A DNA stretch of 64,000 nucleotides, taken from Vicinamibacteria bacterium (GTDB lineage Bacteria > Acidobacteriota > Vicinamibacteria > Fen-336). The stretch is taken from the NCBI GenBank assembly GCA_023701125.1, contig JAMPXO010000003.1, positions 32,391 through 96,390 of the forward strand, read 5' to 3'. A model generated the notes under the pieces. That model was not told the origin of the DNA, ran no database searches, and worked only from the letters and a program-made list of their open reading frames with translations. This document shows, in pieces, positions 1 to 9,329 of this stretch (within the stretch, counting starts at the first letter, position 1; each line of letters starts with the position of its first letter). The position numbers were made by a program, and so were the translations under genes.

Positions 1-1
1 G

Positions 2-1084
2 CGGCCCGCCGCCCCTGTCGACGACTCGGCGCGGCTGGACCTGGGCGGCCCGGACGACGTTTCCGGGTTCGCCCGCGCCACGGAGCCGCGACCGCTGCGG
101 CTGCCCGAGGACCACGGCCCGCACTTCGAGTACCAGACGGAGTGGTGGTACTACACGGGCAATCTGGCGGCCGGGGACGGGCGGGCGTTCGCGTATCAGT
201 TCACGGTCTTCCGGCGCGGCCTCTCACCGGGAGACCCGCCCGCCGAGCCTGGCCTGCGCACGAACCAGGTGTACTTCGCGCATCTCGCGCTGACCGACGA
301 GCAGGGGCAGCGCCACGTGTTCGCCGAGCGCTGGGGGCGCGGCGCCGCCGATCTGGCGGGTGCTGCGGCCGAGCCGTATCGGGTCCACGTCGATCACTGG
401 CAGGCGCACGGCAACGCCGGAGGGGGCGTCCGGATAGACGCCCGCCACGAGGGGTTCGGCCTCGCCCTCGAGCTCGAGCCGCGCAAGCCACCCGTGCTGC
501 ACGGCGACCGCGGCCTGTCGCCGAAGAGCGACGAGCCGGGCAATGCCTCGTACTACGTGAGCCTGACCCGGCTCGCGACCCGCGGCCGTGTCGTGCTCGG
601 CGGGCACGAGTTCGAGGTCACGGGCGAGAGCTGGTTCGACCACGAGTGGAGCACGAGCGCGCTGGGGCCCGAGGCGGAGGGCTGGGACTGGTTCAGCCTG
701 CAACTGGACGACGGCCGGGAGCTGATGTTCTTCCGCATTCGCCGCCGCGACGGCGGCTTCGAACCGGCCTCGGGCGGCACCCTCGTGGAGCGCGACGGCA
801 CCACCCGGCGACTCGGGGCCGACGAGCTGCGGATCGAAGTCGGCGACCACTGGACGAGCCCGCGGACCGGCGCACGCTACCCCGCCGCGTGGGAGCTTCA
901 CCTGCAGTCGCCCGCCCTCCGCCTGCGGCTCGAGCCGATCGTCGCGGACCAGGAGATGCGGACCTCGATCGTGTACTGGGAAGGGGCGGTGCGAGTCAGC
1001 GGCACGGCCGGGGAGAGCCCGGTGCAGGGGCGCGGCTTCGTCGAGCTGTCCGGCTACCACGCGCCGATGCAGGGGCTGTTCTGA
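2..1084 (+). CDS. AttH/CrtC-like lipocalin-fold protein (carotenoid 1,2-hydratase-like); 5' end lies outside the window
   Basis: The frame is open from nt 2 through the stop at 1082-1084, so ORF 269..1084 extends upstream. The translation contains 'PEDHGPHFEYQTEWWYYTGNL', typical of the AttH/CrtC family. Confidence 0.6.
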   Translation, partial: RPAAPVDDSARLDLGGPDDVSGFARATEPRPLRLPEDHGPHFEYQTEWWYYTGNLAAGDGRAFAYQFTVFRRGLSPGDPPAEPGLRTNQVYFAHLALTDEQGQRHVFAERWGRGAADLAGAAAEPYRVHVDHWQAHGNAGGGVRIDARHEGFGLALELEPRKPPVLHGDRGLSPKSDEPGNASYYVSLTRLATRGRVVLGGHEFEVTGESWFDHEWSTSALGPEAEGWDWFSLQLDDGRELMFFRIRRRDGGFEPASGGTLVERDGTTRRLGADELRIEVGDHWTSPRTGARYPAAWELHLQSPALRLRLEPIVADQEMRTSIVYWEGAVRVSGTAGESPVQGRGFVELSGYHAPMQGLF

Positions 1085-1106
1085 CGGGCGAAGGCAAGGG
1101 GAAGGG

Positions 1107-1556
1107 ATGAAGACCATTCACGACGAAGCGACGCGGGCGGAAGTGCTGGCCCGGGTCGCGCGCCTCAGGGCGGACGGCAAGGCGCTCTGGGGCCGCTTCG
1201 ACGCCTCGCGCATGGTGTGCCACCTGATCGACGCGCTGGAGATGGCGAACGGTCAGCGATCGGTCCGGCTGAAGCCGCTGTGGCCCATGCGGCACTTCCC
1301 GCTCAAGCACCTCGTGCTGTACGTGCTCCCCTTCCCCAAGGGCGCTCCGACGGCGCCCGAGCTGCTGTCGACGGCGCCGGCGCCGAGCTTCGACGCCGAC
1401 CGCTCGCGGCTGGTCGACCTCGTCCACCGCTTCGCAGCGATGCCGCAGACGGGCCCCGGCGCCACCCACCCGCTGTTCGGAAAGCTCGACCAGGCCGAGT
1501 GGGGTGCGCTGGTCGCGAAACACCTGGACCACCACCTGCGCCAGTTCGGCGCGTAG
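1107..1556 (+). CDS. DUF1569 (DinB_2-like) family protein
   Basis: 149-aa ORF with an ATG start. The C-terminal 'HLDHHLRQFGA' and overall size fit DUF1569. A GA-rich stretch ('ggcaaggggaaggg') sits upstream. Confidence 0.55.
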   Translation: MKTIHDEATRAEVLARVARLRADGKALWGRFDASRMVCHLIDALEMANGQRSVRLKPLWPMRHFPLKHLVLYVLPFPKGAPTAPELLSTAPAPSFDADRSRLVDLVHRFAAMPQTGPGATHPLFGKLDQAEWGALVAKHLDHHLRQFGA

Positions 1557-1597
1557 ATGATCTTGACAGAAGAGCACGAGCGTACTATTTTAAGTTC

Positions 1598-2197
1598 GTG
1601 CGCAAGGGAGAGCTGACCCGGCAGAAGGTGCTCGAGGCCTCGGTGGGCCTCGCCTCCCGGCTCGGCCTCGAGGGCCTCACCATCGGCAACCTCGCGGACG
1701 AACTGGGCCTGTCCAAGAGCGGGCTCTTCGCTCACTTCCAGTCGAAGGAGGCGCTCCAGGTCCAGACCCTGGAGGCCGCCGCCGAGCGCTTCACGGAGGC
1801 CGTGATCCGGCCGGCCCTGGCGGCGCCCCGCGGCATCCCCCGGCTGCGCGAGCTGTGCGAACGCTGGCTGACGTGGCCGCGGGTCGTGCCGCAGGAAGGC
1901 GGCTGCCTGTTCGTCGCTGCCGCCGTGGAACTGGACGATCGTCCAGGCCCCGCCCGCGACACCCTGGTCCGCGTCCAGCGCGACTGGATGGACTTCCTGG
2001 CCGGGGCGGTGCGGATCGCCGTGGCAGAGGGCCACCTGAAGCCGCGGACCGACCCCGTGCAGTTCGCCTTCGAGCTGTACGGCGTGATGCTGTCCACCCA
2101 CCACGCCCATCGCCTGCTCGGCGACCCGAAGGCCACCACCCGCGCCCGCCGTGCGCTCGAAGACCTGATCGCTCGTCACGCGGTCGAGCCGCACTGA
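1598..2197 (+). CDS. TetR/AcrR family transcriptional regulator
   Basis: The C-terminal about 200 aa of ORF 1217..2197 form a clean TetR helix-turn-helix ('GLTIGNLADELGLSKSGLFAHFQSKEAL'). The upstream part of that ORF is a GC-rich artefact. I chose the first in-frame GTG after the DUF1569 stop, about 1598; the start is uncertain by a few codons. Confidence 0.75.
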   Translation: MRKGELTRQKVLEASVGLASRLGLEGLTIGNLADELGLSKSGLFAHFQSKEALQVQTLEAAAERFTEAVIRPALAAPRGIPRLRELCERWLTWPRVVPQEGGCLFVAAAVELDDRPGPARDTLVRVQRDWMDFLAGAVRIAVAEGHLKPRTDPVQFAFELYGVMLSTHHAHRLLGDPKATTRARRALEDLIARHAVEPH

Positions 2198-2213
2198 GAC
2201 CCGGAGGTCCCGC

Positions 2214-3230
2214 TTGCCGACTCCCCCTCCCCCGTCCGTTAATAGCACGAACGTTCGCTCTAGAAAGGCGCCTCTGGCGTTGCGACTCGCTGGCGGATCG
2301 ATCCGCACGCTCGGTGCCGTCTCGCGCTCGGCGGCGGCTGTTCTTGCGGAGCACCTCTTCCTCTCGCCGCCCCGCTTCCCGGCGCCCGCCCGCGAGCGGG
2401 CCGCCTTTGCGCAGGCCCGACCCACGGCGATCGACAGCCCGGAAGGCCGGCTGCGACTGTGGCGCTTCGACGAGCGCCCCGTGGACGTGCTGCTGCTGCA
2501 CGGCTGGGGCGGCCGGTCGAGCCAGATGAGCGCTTTCGTCGCACCCCTGCGTGCGGCCGGCCTGGGGGTCGCAGCGCTCGACGGCCCGGCCCATGGGGCG
2601 TCGGCGGGGCGGCTCGCCACCGTACCCGGGTTCGCACGCGCTCTCCTCGCGGCGCATGCCGTACTCAGGTTCCGGGCGGTCGTCGCGCACTCCATGGGCG
2701 GCGCGGCCACGGGCGTCGCGGTCGGCCGCCACGGCCTCGCCCTCGACGCGGCGGTGCTGATCGGTTCGCCTGCGACGCCGAGCCGTTTCCTGCGCGACTT
2801 CGTCGACGCCGTCGCCCTGCCCGCGGGCATCGAGGCGGCCCTGCTGCGCCGGCTGGCGATCCGCACCGGGCTGACCCTGGCGGACATCGACATCACGTCG
2901 CTCGGTCCCACCCTGAGCGGCGGCGCCCTGGTCATCCACGACCGCGCCGACCGCGAGGTCCCGCACGCCGACGCCGAGGCGATCGCCCACGCCTGGCGCG
3001 GCGCGGAACTGCTGACGACGGCCGGCCTCGGCCACCGCCGCATCCTGCGCGACCCCCACGTCGTCGCCGCCGCCTGTCGCTTCGTGGCTGCGGCCCTCGG
3101 CCACCCGGTCCGCGGCTGCGTGACGCCGGGCTGCCTCGATGTCGCGACGCAACCCGGTGTGCGCTGCGAGCGCTGCGCGCTCGACGCCTTCCTGTTCGAT
3201 CCCCACGCGCGGTGGGCCCCGGCGGCCTGA
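2214..3230 (+). CDS. alpha/beta hydrolase fold protein with a Cys-rich C-terminal tail
   Basis: TTG start 16 nt after the TetR stop. Contains 'LLLHGWGG' and the 'HSMGG' nucleophile elbow. The C-terminus 'CVTPGCLDVATQPGVRCERC' looks like a zinc ribbon. Confidence 0.7.
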   Translation: MPTPPPPSVNSTNVRSRKAPLALRLAGGSIRTLGAVSRSAAAVLAEHLFLSPPRFPAPARERAAFAQARPTAIDSPEGRLRLWRFDERPVDVLLLHGWGGRSSQMSAFVAPLRAAGLGVAALDGPAHGASAGRLATVPGFARALLAAHAVLRFRAVVAHSMGGAATGVAVGRHGLALDAAVLIGSPATPSRFLRDFVDAVALPAGIEAALLRRLAIRTGLTLADIDITSLGPTLSGGALVIHDRADREVPHADAEAIAHAWRGAELLTTAGLGHRRILRDPHVVAAACRFVAAALGHPVRGCVTPGCLDVATQPGVRCERCALDAFLFDPHARWAPAA

Positions 3231-3261
3231 GGCGCCCGTCGCGGGGCTATGCTCGCGCCCT

Positions 3262-4362
3262 ATGAGGGTTGCGAGAGGCTTCCTGCCCGCCCTGGCGTTC
3301 TGTGCCGTCGTCCCCTCCATCGGCGCCGCCCAGCCCGCGAGCGGGCCCGTCTGGCTCAAGGGCAGCCTGCACACCCACACCGATCGCAGCGACGGCGACA
3401 CCGCGCCGGAAGTGGTCGTGCGCTGGTACCGGGAGCACGGCTACGGCTTCCTCGCGATCACGGATCACGACCGGATCACCGAACCGGCGCCACTCGCGGA
3501 AGCCGCGGGTCCCGACCTGCTGCTAGTCCCGGCCGAAGAAGTGACCGGCCTCGCCCTTCCTTCCGACGGGCGCAAGGTCCCGGTCCACGTCAACGCCTTC
3601 GTTCCGCGAGAGGTGATCCCACCGTTCAAGGGGGGCACGCCAGCGGAGGCGCTCGCGCAGAACGTGGCGCGGGCGCGGGCGGCGGGGGCCCTGGTCCTCG
3701 TCAATCACCCCAACTTCGGCTGGGCGCTGACGGCGGACGACCTGAAGGCCGCGGCCCCGGGCTTCCGCCTGCTCGAGATCTTCAGCGGCCATCCGCTCGT
3801 CCACTTCCTGGGCGGCGGCGGCGCGCTCTCGGCGGAGGCGCTGTGGGATGCGTTGCTCACGGCCGGCCACCGCGTCCACGGCGCCGCCGTCGACGACTCG
3901 CACCACTTCGCGGGCGAGTGCACGCCGGCCCGCGCCTGCCCGGGCCGCGGTTGGGTGGTCGTCCGGGTTGCCGAGCGCACACCCGCGGCCGTGCTGGCGG
4001 CACTCGAGCGCGGCGACTTCTACGCCTCGAACGGTGTCGCCCTGCGCGACGTGCGGGCGACCGAGGCCAGCCTCGAGCTGACGATCGAACCGCAGAAGAG
4101 CTTCCGTTATCGCACGGAGTTCGTGGGCTCCGGTGGCCGCGTGCTGGCCTCGATCGAGGGCGAGTCCGCCTCCTGGCGCTTCAGGGGCGACGAGGGCTAC
4201 GTTCGCGCCCGCGTCACCGACTCGATGGGCCGCCGGGCCTGGACCCAGCCGGTCTTTGTCCCGGACGGGGGCTTGGGGGCGGAGGAGCTGCGTTCGCGAC
4301 TGAGCCCCCATGGGACCGGCGCCGGGCTCCGCCCGGTGTCGGAAACCGACGAATCGCGCTGA
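3262..4362 (+). CDS. secreted PHP-domain (CehA/McbA-like) metallo-phosphoesterase
   Basis: ATG at 3262 inside ORF 3139..4362. A signal-peptide-like N-terminus 'MRVARGFLPALAFCAVVPSIGAAQPA' is followed by the PHP motifs 'LHTHTDRSDG' and 'ITDHD'. Confidence 0.7.
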   Translation: MRVARGFLPALAFCAVVPSIGAAQPASGPVWLKGSLHTHTDRSDGDTAPEVVVRWYREHGYGFLAITDHDRITEPAPLAEAAGPDLLLVPAEEVTGLALPSDGRKVPVHVNAFVPREVIPPFKGGTPAEALAQNVARARAAGALVLVNHPNFGWALTADDLKAAAPGFRLLEIFSGHPLVHFLGGGGALSAEALWDALLTAGHRVHGAAVDDSHHFAGECTPARACPGRGWVVVRVAERTPAAVLAALERGDFYASNGVALRDVRATEASLELTIEPQKSFRYRTEFVGSGGRVLASIEGESASWRFRGDEGYVRARVTDSMGRRAWTQPVFVPDGGLGAEELRSRLSPHGTGAGLRPVSETDESR

Positions 4363-4369
4363 ACGCCTG

Positions 4370-4948
4370 CTACAGGCCGATCTCGTCCGCGATCGGCTTG
4401 AGCGCTTCGATCAGGAAGCCGACGTGCTCGTCGAGCGGGCGGCCGAGGACCTCGGCGCCGCCGTAGACGTAGGTGCGGTCGACCGAGCGCGCGAAGGCCT
4501 TGTCCTTCAGCTTCTTCGTGACCGACTCGACCGGCAGGTCGGCGATCTTCTTCGTCGGCCGCACCTTGACCGCCGCGCCGATGAAGCCGACCAGCTCGTC
4601 GCAGGCGTAGATCGCCTTCTTGAGCGGCGTGTCGCGCGGGATCTTCATGTAGTCGGCGTGGGAGCAGATCGCCTCGACGATCTCCTCCGGGTAGCCCCGC
4701 TCGCGCAGGATGCGGGCGCCGACGTGGAGGTGGGTCTCCTCGGTCGGGTTCTGCTCGTAGTCGAAGTCGTGCAGCAGGCCGACGATCCCCCACTTCTCCA
4801 CCTCGGCGGGATCGGTGATGCCGAACCAGCCGGCGTAGGCGCGCATGGCCTGCTCGACGCCGCGGCCGTGCTTGCGCAAGGCGTCCGACTGGGTGAACTC
4901 GAACAGCAGGGCTTCGGCCTCGGCCCGGGTCGGCACAAGTTCGCTCAT
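4370..4948 (-). CDS. HD-domain phosphohydrolase
   Basis: The real start is 'MSELVPT...' inside ORF 4370..5431. An 'H...HD' metal-binding motif is present ('LLHDFDYE', 'CSHADY'). Confidence 0.7.
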   Translation of the reverse strand: MSELVPTRAEAEALLFEFTQSDALRKHGRGVEQAMRAYAGWFGITDPAEVEKWGIVGLLHDFDYEQNPTEETHLHVGARILRERGYPEEIVEAICSHADYMKIPRDTPLKKAIYACDELVGFIGAAVKVRPTKKIADLPVESVTKKLKDKAFARSVDRTYVYGGAEVLGRPLDEHVGFLIEALKPIADEIGL

Positions 4949-4968
4949 GGCGGCGAGGATACGAAAAT

Positions 4969-5850
4969 TCAGTGCTGACAGCGCGGGCAGTAGTGGGAGG
5001 AGCGACCGCCGATCACCCGCCGCGCGATGACGCCCTCGGCGCAGCGCAGGCAGCGCTCGCCCGTGCGCGCGTAAGCCTGGCGCTCGTCCTGGTAGCCGCC
5101 GTCGCTGCCGTCGGGCCGCACGTAGTCGCTGATGCTCGAGCCGCCGGTCTCGATCGAGCGCAGCAGCACGCGCCGGATCTCGACGGCGACCAGGTCGCAC
5201 TCCGCGCGAGTCAGGCGCCGCGCGCTCCGCGTCGGCCGCACGTGGGCCCCGAACAGCGCCTCGTCCGCGTAGATGTTGCCCACGCCGGCCAGTACGCCCT
5301 GGTCGAGCAGCAGCGTCTTGACCGGCGCCGTGCGCCGCCGCGAGGCCGTCCACAGCAGCGCCCCGTCGACGCCGAGGGCGTCGGGCCCGAGCTTGTCGAG
5401 CCGCGGATCGGAAGCTCCCGGCGCCAGCCACGCGACCTTGCCGAACTTGCGGGTGTCACGGAAGAGCAGGTCGCGCCCGCCGTCGTCGAAGGCCAGCCGC
5501 AGGTGCGTGTGCCGGTCCGGGCCCGGTGCGCTCTCCTGCTCCTCGGGCGACAGCGTGGCGCCCGCCGTCGACGAGAGCAGCCGCACGCTGCTCACCCCCG
5601 AGCCGTAGAGCTGCCCGGTCATGCCCAGGTGCAACAGCACCCGCGCGCCGTCGTCGAGCGCGGCGAGCAGGTACTTCCCGTGCCGCGCGACGGCGGTCGT
5701 CACCCTTCCCGTCAGTCGCCGTTTCAACGTCGCGGGCGGGGTGACGAAGAAGTAGCTCGGCCGCGTGGTGTGCACGGCGGCGATCCGCCGCCCCACCAGC
5801 AGTGGCACGACCTGCCGCCGCGTGACCTCGACCTCGGGGAGTTCAGGCAC
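4969..5850 (-). CDS. mutM: formamidopyrimidine-DNA glycosylase
   Basis: N-terminal 'MPELPEVE' with the catalytic Pro2/Glu3. A C-terminal zinc finger is present ('CLRCAEGV...CPRCQ'). It lies downstream of the HD gene on the same strand. Confidence 0.85.
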   Translation of the reverse strand: MPELPEVEVTRRQVVPLLVGRRIAAVHTTRPSYFFVTPPATLKRRLTGRVTTAVARHGKYLLAALDDGARVLLHLGMTGQLYGSGVSSVRLLSSTAGATLSPEEQESAPGPDRHTHLRLAFDDGGRDLLFRDTRKFGKVAWLAPGASDPRLDKLGPDALGVDGALLWTASRRRTAPVKTLLLDQGVLAGVGNIYADEALFGAHVRPTRSARRLTRAECDLVAVEIRRVLLRSIETGGSSISDYVRPDGSDGGYQDERQAYARTGERCLRCAEGVIARRVIGGRSSHYCPRCQH

Positions 5851-5960
5851 ATCCGGAGCCTACCGCCTTCGCGCGTCGCCGGGCAGCATGCCCTTCCCGT
5901 GCACGCCCGAAGGGCGCATCATTCGCACGCCGCGCCACCCACTGAAGACCAGGAGCCCCG

Positions 5961-7235
5961 ATGACCCTCTCGCGACGACACTGGCTGGAAGCGACCGGAC
6001 TGGCGACGCTCGGTGCGGCCCTGCCCTCCGGCGCCGAAGCCGCCGACGCGGGGCGCGAGTGGCCGGCGGCGATCGCCGCCCTGAAGCCGATGCTGGACGG
6101 GGTCTCGCCGATCACTGTCGAAGAGCGCCAGGCCCGCATCGCCCGCGCCCGGCAGCGGATGGCCGAGCACGGACTCGACGCGATCGTGATCGCCTCCGGC
6201 ACGACGCTCGACTACTTCACGGGCGCGCGCTGGGGCAACTCGGAGCGCTTCTTCGGCGTCGTGATCCCTCGCGCGGGCGACGTCGCGTGGGTCACGCCGG
6301 CGTTCGAGAAGGGCCGGGCGCTGGAGCAGGTCCAGCCCGGAGACGACGTCCGGGCATGGGAGGAGCACGAATCTCCCTACGCGCTCGTCGCCGGCATCCT
6401 GCGCGACCGCGGCGCCGCATCCGGTCGCACTGGCATCGAGGAGACCGTGGCCTTCGTGTTCGCGGACGGCATCGGCCAGGCGCTACCCGCCGCCAGGGTC
6501 GTCAGCGCCACGCCGGTGACGGCCGGCTGTCGGATGATCAAGGACGCCCACGAGCTGGCGCTGATGCAGCGCGCGGCCGAGATCACGCTGACGGCCCATC
6601 GCGCCGTGTTCGCCTCGCTGAAGGAGGGCCTGAGCCAGGCCGAGGTCGGCGAGCTGTGCGCCGAAGCCCACCGCCGGCTCGGCATGCGCGGCGGCGCGCT
6701 CGTCCTGTTCGGAGCCGACGCGGCCTTCCCGCACGGGACCACGAAGCCCCAGCCGCTGCGCGCCGGCGACGTCGTGCTGATCGACGGCGGCGGGCGCCTG
6801 CACGGCTACGCTAGCGACATCACCCGCACCGGCGTGTTCGGCGCGGCCCCGACGGACCGCCAGCGCAAGGTCTGGGACGTGGTGAAGAAGGCCCAGGAAG
6901 CGGCCTTCGCCGCCGCGCGGCCCGGGGCGGCGTGCCAGGACGTCGACCGCGCCGCCCGCAAGGTGATCGAGGAGGCCGGCTTCGGGCCGGGCTACCGCTA
7001 CTTCACCCACCGCGTCGGCCACGGCATCGGCATGGACGGCCACGAGTGGACGTACCTCGTCGAGGGCAACGCCACGCCGCTGCAGCCGGGCATGTGCTTC
7101 AGCGACGAGCCGGGGATCTACGTGCCTGGCGAGCTGGGCGTGCGCCACGAGGACGCGATCGTGATCACCGAGGGCGGGGCGCGCAACCTGTCCCCGAAGT
7201 GGACGCTCAGCCCCGAGCAGCCCGCCGTCGTCTGA
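5961..7235 (+). CDS. M24 family Xaa-Pro aminopeptidase with a Tat-type signal
   Basis: Twin-arginine N-terminus 'MTLSRRHWLEATGLATLGAA'. M24 metal ligands are present ('DGGG', 'HRVGHGIGMDGHE'). Confidence 0.8.
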   Translation: MTLSRRHWLEATGLATLGAALPSGAEAADAGREWPAAIAALKPMLDGVSPITVEERQARIARARQRMAEHGLDAIVIASGTTLDYFTGARWGNSERFFGVVIPRAGDVAWVTPAFEKGRALEQVQPGDDVRAWEEHESPYALVAGILRDRGAASGRTGIEETVAFVFADGIGQALPAARVVSATPVTAGCRMIKDAHELALMQRAAEITLTAHRAVFASLKEGLSQAEVGELCAEAHRRLGMRGGALVLFGADAAFPHGTTKPQPLRAGDVVLIDGGGRLHGYASDITRTGVFGAAPTDRQRKVWDVVKKAQEAAFAAARPGAACQDVDRAARKVIEEAGFGPGYRYFTHRVGHGIGMDGHEWTYLVEGNATPLQPGMCFSDEPGIYVPGELGVRHEDAIVITEGGARNLSPKWTLSPEQPAVV

Positions 7236-7238
7236 AGC

Positions 7239-8111
7239 TCAGGCCTTGCGCGGCGGCGCGAAGACGTTCGCGTAGTCCTGGGCGAAGGTCTCGAAGGCCA
7301 GCGGGGCTCGCCCCAGCACCTTGTGCACGTCGGCGGTGACCCGCGCGCCCGCGCCCTCGCGGAACGACGCGTACAGCTCGAGCATGCCGTCGGCCAGCCA
7401 GTCCGGCAGGCCTGCCGCCCGCATCGACGCGCCCGCAGCGTGCGGGTCCGCGGGCACGTAGCGCACGGCGCGCCCGCTGGTCGCGGAGATCTGCTCGGCC
7501 ATCTCGTCGAAGCGCAGCGCGGCCGAGCCGGTCAGCTCGTACGCCCGGTTCTCGTGGGCCGCGGGGGCCAGCAGCACCGCCGCGGCGACGGCCGCCACGT
7601 CGCGGGCGTCGATGGCAGCGACGGCCGCGGCTCCCGCGGGGATCGAGAAGGCGCCCTGGCCGACGATCGTCGACGCGAACATCAGCAGGTTCTGCATGAA
7701 GTACGACGGGCGCAGCAGCGTGAAGGCCAGCCCCGACTCCTCCAGCCGCGTGTCCGTGGCGGCGTGCCAGCGCGAGAGGCTGACGGGCGCCCCGGCGCGC
7801 GCGCCCGCGCCCGACACGCGGACCACGCGCGGGACCCCGGCGCGGCGTGCGGCGCCGATCGCCCGGCCCTGGATCTCGTCCTGCCGCGGGTCCACGGGCG
7901 AGAGCAGGAACAGGGTGTCGATACCCGCGCAGGCGACCTCGACCTGCTGCGGCTGCTCGAGGTTGCCCTCCACGACTTCCACGCCGGCGGCGCGCAGGAC
8001 CCTGGCCTTGGCGGGGTTGCGGGCGAGCACGCGGAAGGCGACTCCACGGTCGCGGAGCAGGCGCACGAGTTCTGTGCCGATCGTCCCGGTTCCACCGGTC
8101 ACGAGGATCAT
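7239..8111 (-). CDS. NmrA-like / NAD(P)-binding SDR-superfamily protein
   Basis: 'MILVTGGTGTIG' Rossmann motif. The size and pattern resemble the NmrA/HSCARG family. Confidence 0.75.
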   Translation of the reverse strand: MILVTGGTGTIGTELVRLLRDRGVAFRVLARNPAKARVLRAAGVEVVEGNLEQPQQVEVACAGIDTLFLLSPVDPRQDEIQGRAIGAARRAGVPRVVRVSGAGARAGAPVSLSRWHAATDTRLEESGLAFTLLRPSYFMQNLLMFASTIVGQGAFSIPAGAAAVAAIDARDVAAVAAAVLLAPAAHENRAYELTGSAALRFDEMAEQISATSGRAVRYVPADPHAAGASMRAAGLPDWLADGMLELYASFREGAGARVTADVHKVLGRAPLAFETFAQDYANVFAPPRKA

Positions 8112-8145
8112 CGAGGTGAGGCCTCCAGGAGGTCGAAGTTCTTCT

Positions 8146-9324
8146 TCAGAGATCGCGCAGCGCCACGGCGACCGGGACCCGTACCGCGCGTAGCGCAGGA
8201 GGCAGGCCCCCGACCAGGCCCATGGCGAGCGCGAATGCTACGCCCAGGCCGAGCAGGTCGGGGGTCACGCGGAAGGCGAACGAGACGTGGGAGAAGGTCT
8301 GGAAGTTCAGGGTCGAGGTGGTCAGGCCGTCCAGCGGCAGCGCCGCCGCGACTCCGACCAGGCCGCCGACGGCCGACAGCAGCAGCGACTCGGCCACGAT
8401 CGCGATCAGCACGGCGCCGCTGCCGAAGCCGAGTGCGCGGATCGTCGCCAGTTCGCGGGCCCGCTCGGCCACCGCCGAGTAGAGGGTGTTGAGCGCGCCG
8501 CACACGGCGCCGATGCCCATCACCGCGGCGACCAGCGCGCCCAGCGACAGGATCAGGCCGCGCATGGCCTCGGACGCCTTCGCGTAGTAGTCGGTCTCGC
8601 GGTCCACCTGGTGTCGCATCCGGGGGTCGGACGTCAGTCGTTGCCGCAGCAGGTCGAGGGTCTCACGTGAGGCGAGCCGCGCCGCCGCCGATTGATAGTA
8701 CCCCCGCGGTCGCTGGTAGGCGGGGCCGAGCACCGCGGCGTCGGCCCAGATCTCGGAGTCGAAGGCGCTGCCGCCGCCGTCGAGCACGCCCACGACCTGG
8801 AACGGCGTGCCGCCGAGGCGCACCGTGGCGCCGGGCTCGAGGCCGGCGTAGCTCTCCCGGGCGTAGCGGCCGACCACGATCTCGGCCGTGCCGGGCGTCA
8901 GCATCCGGCCCTGGGCGACCCGCACGCCCTGGTGGACGTCCAGGGCGCGGGCGCCGATCCCGCGCACCTGGACGTTGGCCTCGGCCCCTTCCGCGCGAAG
9001 GGCGCGCAGCGGGAGGGCGACGATCACGACGATCTCCGCGCTGACCAGCGGGCCGCGGGCGTCGCGCGCCACCTCGGGCGCGTCCTCGATCACCCGCAGC
9101 TCCTCCATGTCGATCACGCTGTCCATCTCCGAGGTGGCGCCGGCGCGGCGGATCATCGCGTTGTCCGGCGAGCCCGTGGACACGAGCGCCTGCTCGAAGC
9201 CGCGAGCCAGCGCCAGCATCGCGACGAAGACGGCCACGGAGCCGGCGATGCCGGCGACGGCCACCAGCGACGAGCGCCAGCGGGCGCGCAGGCTCTCGAC
9301 GGAGTAGACGAGCGGGAGCGCCAT
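8146..9324 (-). CDS. ABC transporter permease, FtsX/MacB-LolE type
   Basis: The real start is 'MALPLVYSVESLRARW' inside ORF 8146..9990. It lies 5 nt downstream of the preceding permease stop and has four predicted transmembrane segments with a large periplasmic loop. Confidence 0.75.
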   Translation of the reverse strand: MALPLVYSVESLRARWRSSLVAVAGIAGSVAVFVAMLALARGFEQALVSTGSPDNAMIRRAGATSEMDSVIDMEELRVIEDAPEVARDARGPLVSAEIVVIVALPLRALRAEGAEANVQVRGIGARALDVHQGVRVAQGRMLTPGTAEIVVGRYARESYAGLEPGATVRLGGTPFQVVGVLDGGGSAFDSEIWADAAVLGPAYQRPRGYYQSAAARLASRETLDLLRQRLTSDPRMRHQVDRETDYYAKASEAMRGLILSLGALVAAVMGIGAVCGALNTLYSAVAERARELATIRALGFGSGAVLIAIVAESLLLSAVGGLVGVAAALPLDGLTTSTLNFQTFSHVSFAFRVTPDLLGLGVAFALAMGLVGGLPPALRAVRVPVAVALRDL

Positions 9325-9329
9325 CGGGA

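Noticed and set aside
1253-3401. Long minus-strand ORFs (596 and 536 aa) overlapping the TetR and hydrolase genes
   Set aside because: Arg/Ala/Gly/Pro-rich, low-complexity translations with no domain signal. These are typical antisense or out-of-frame ORFs of a >70% GC genome. The plus-strand genes have clear family motifs.
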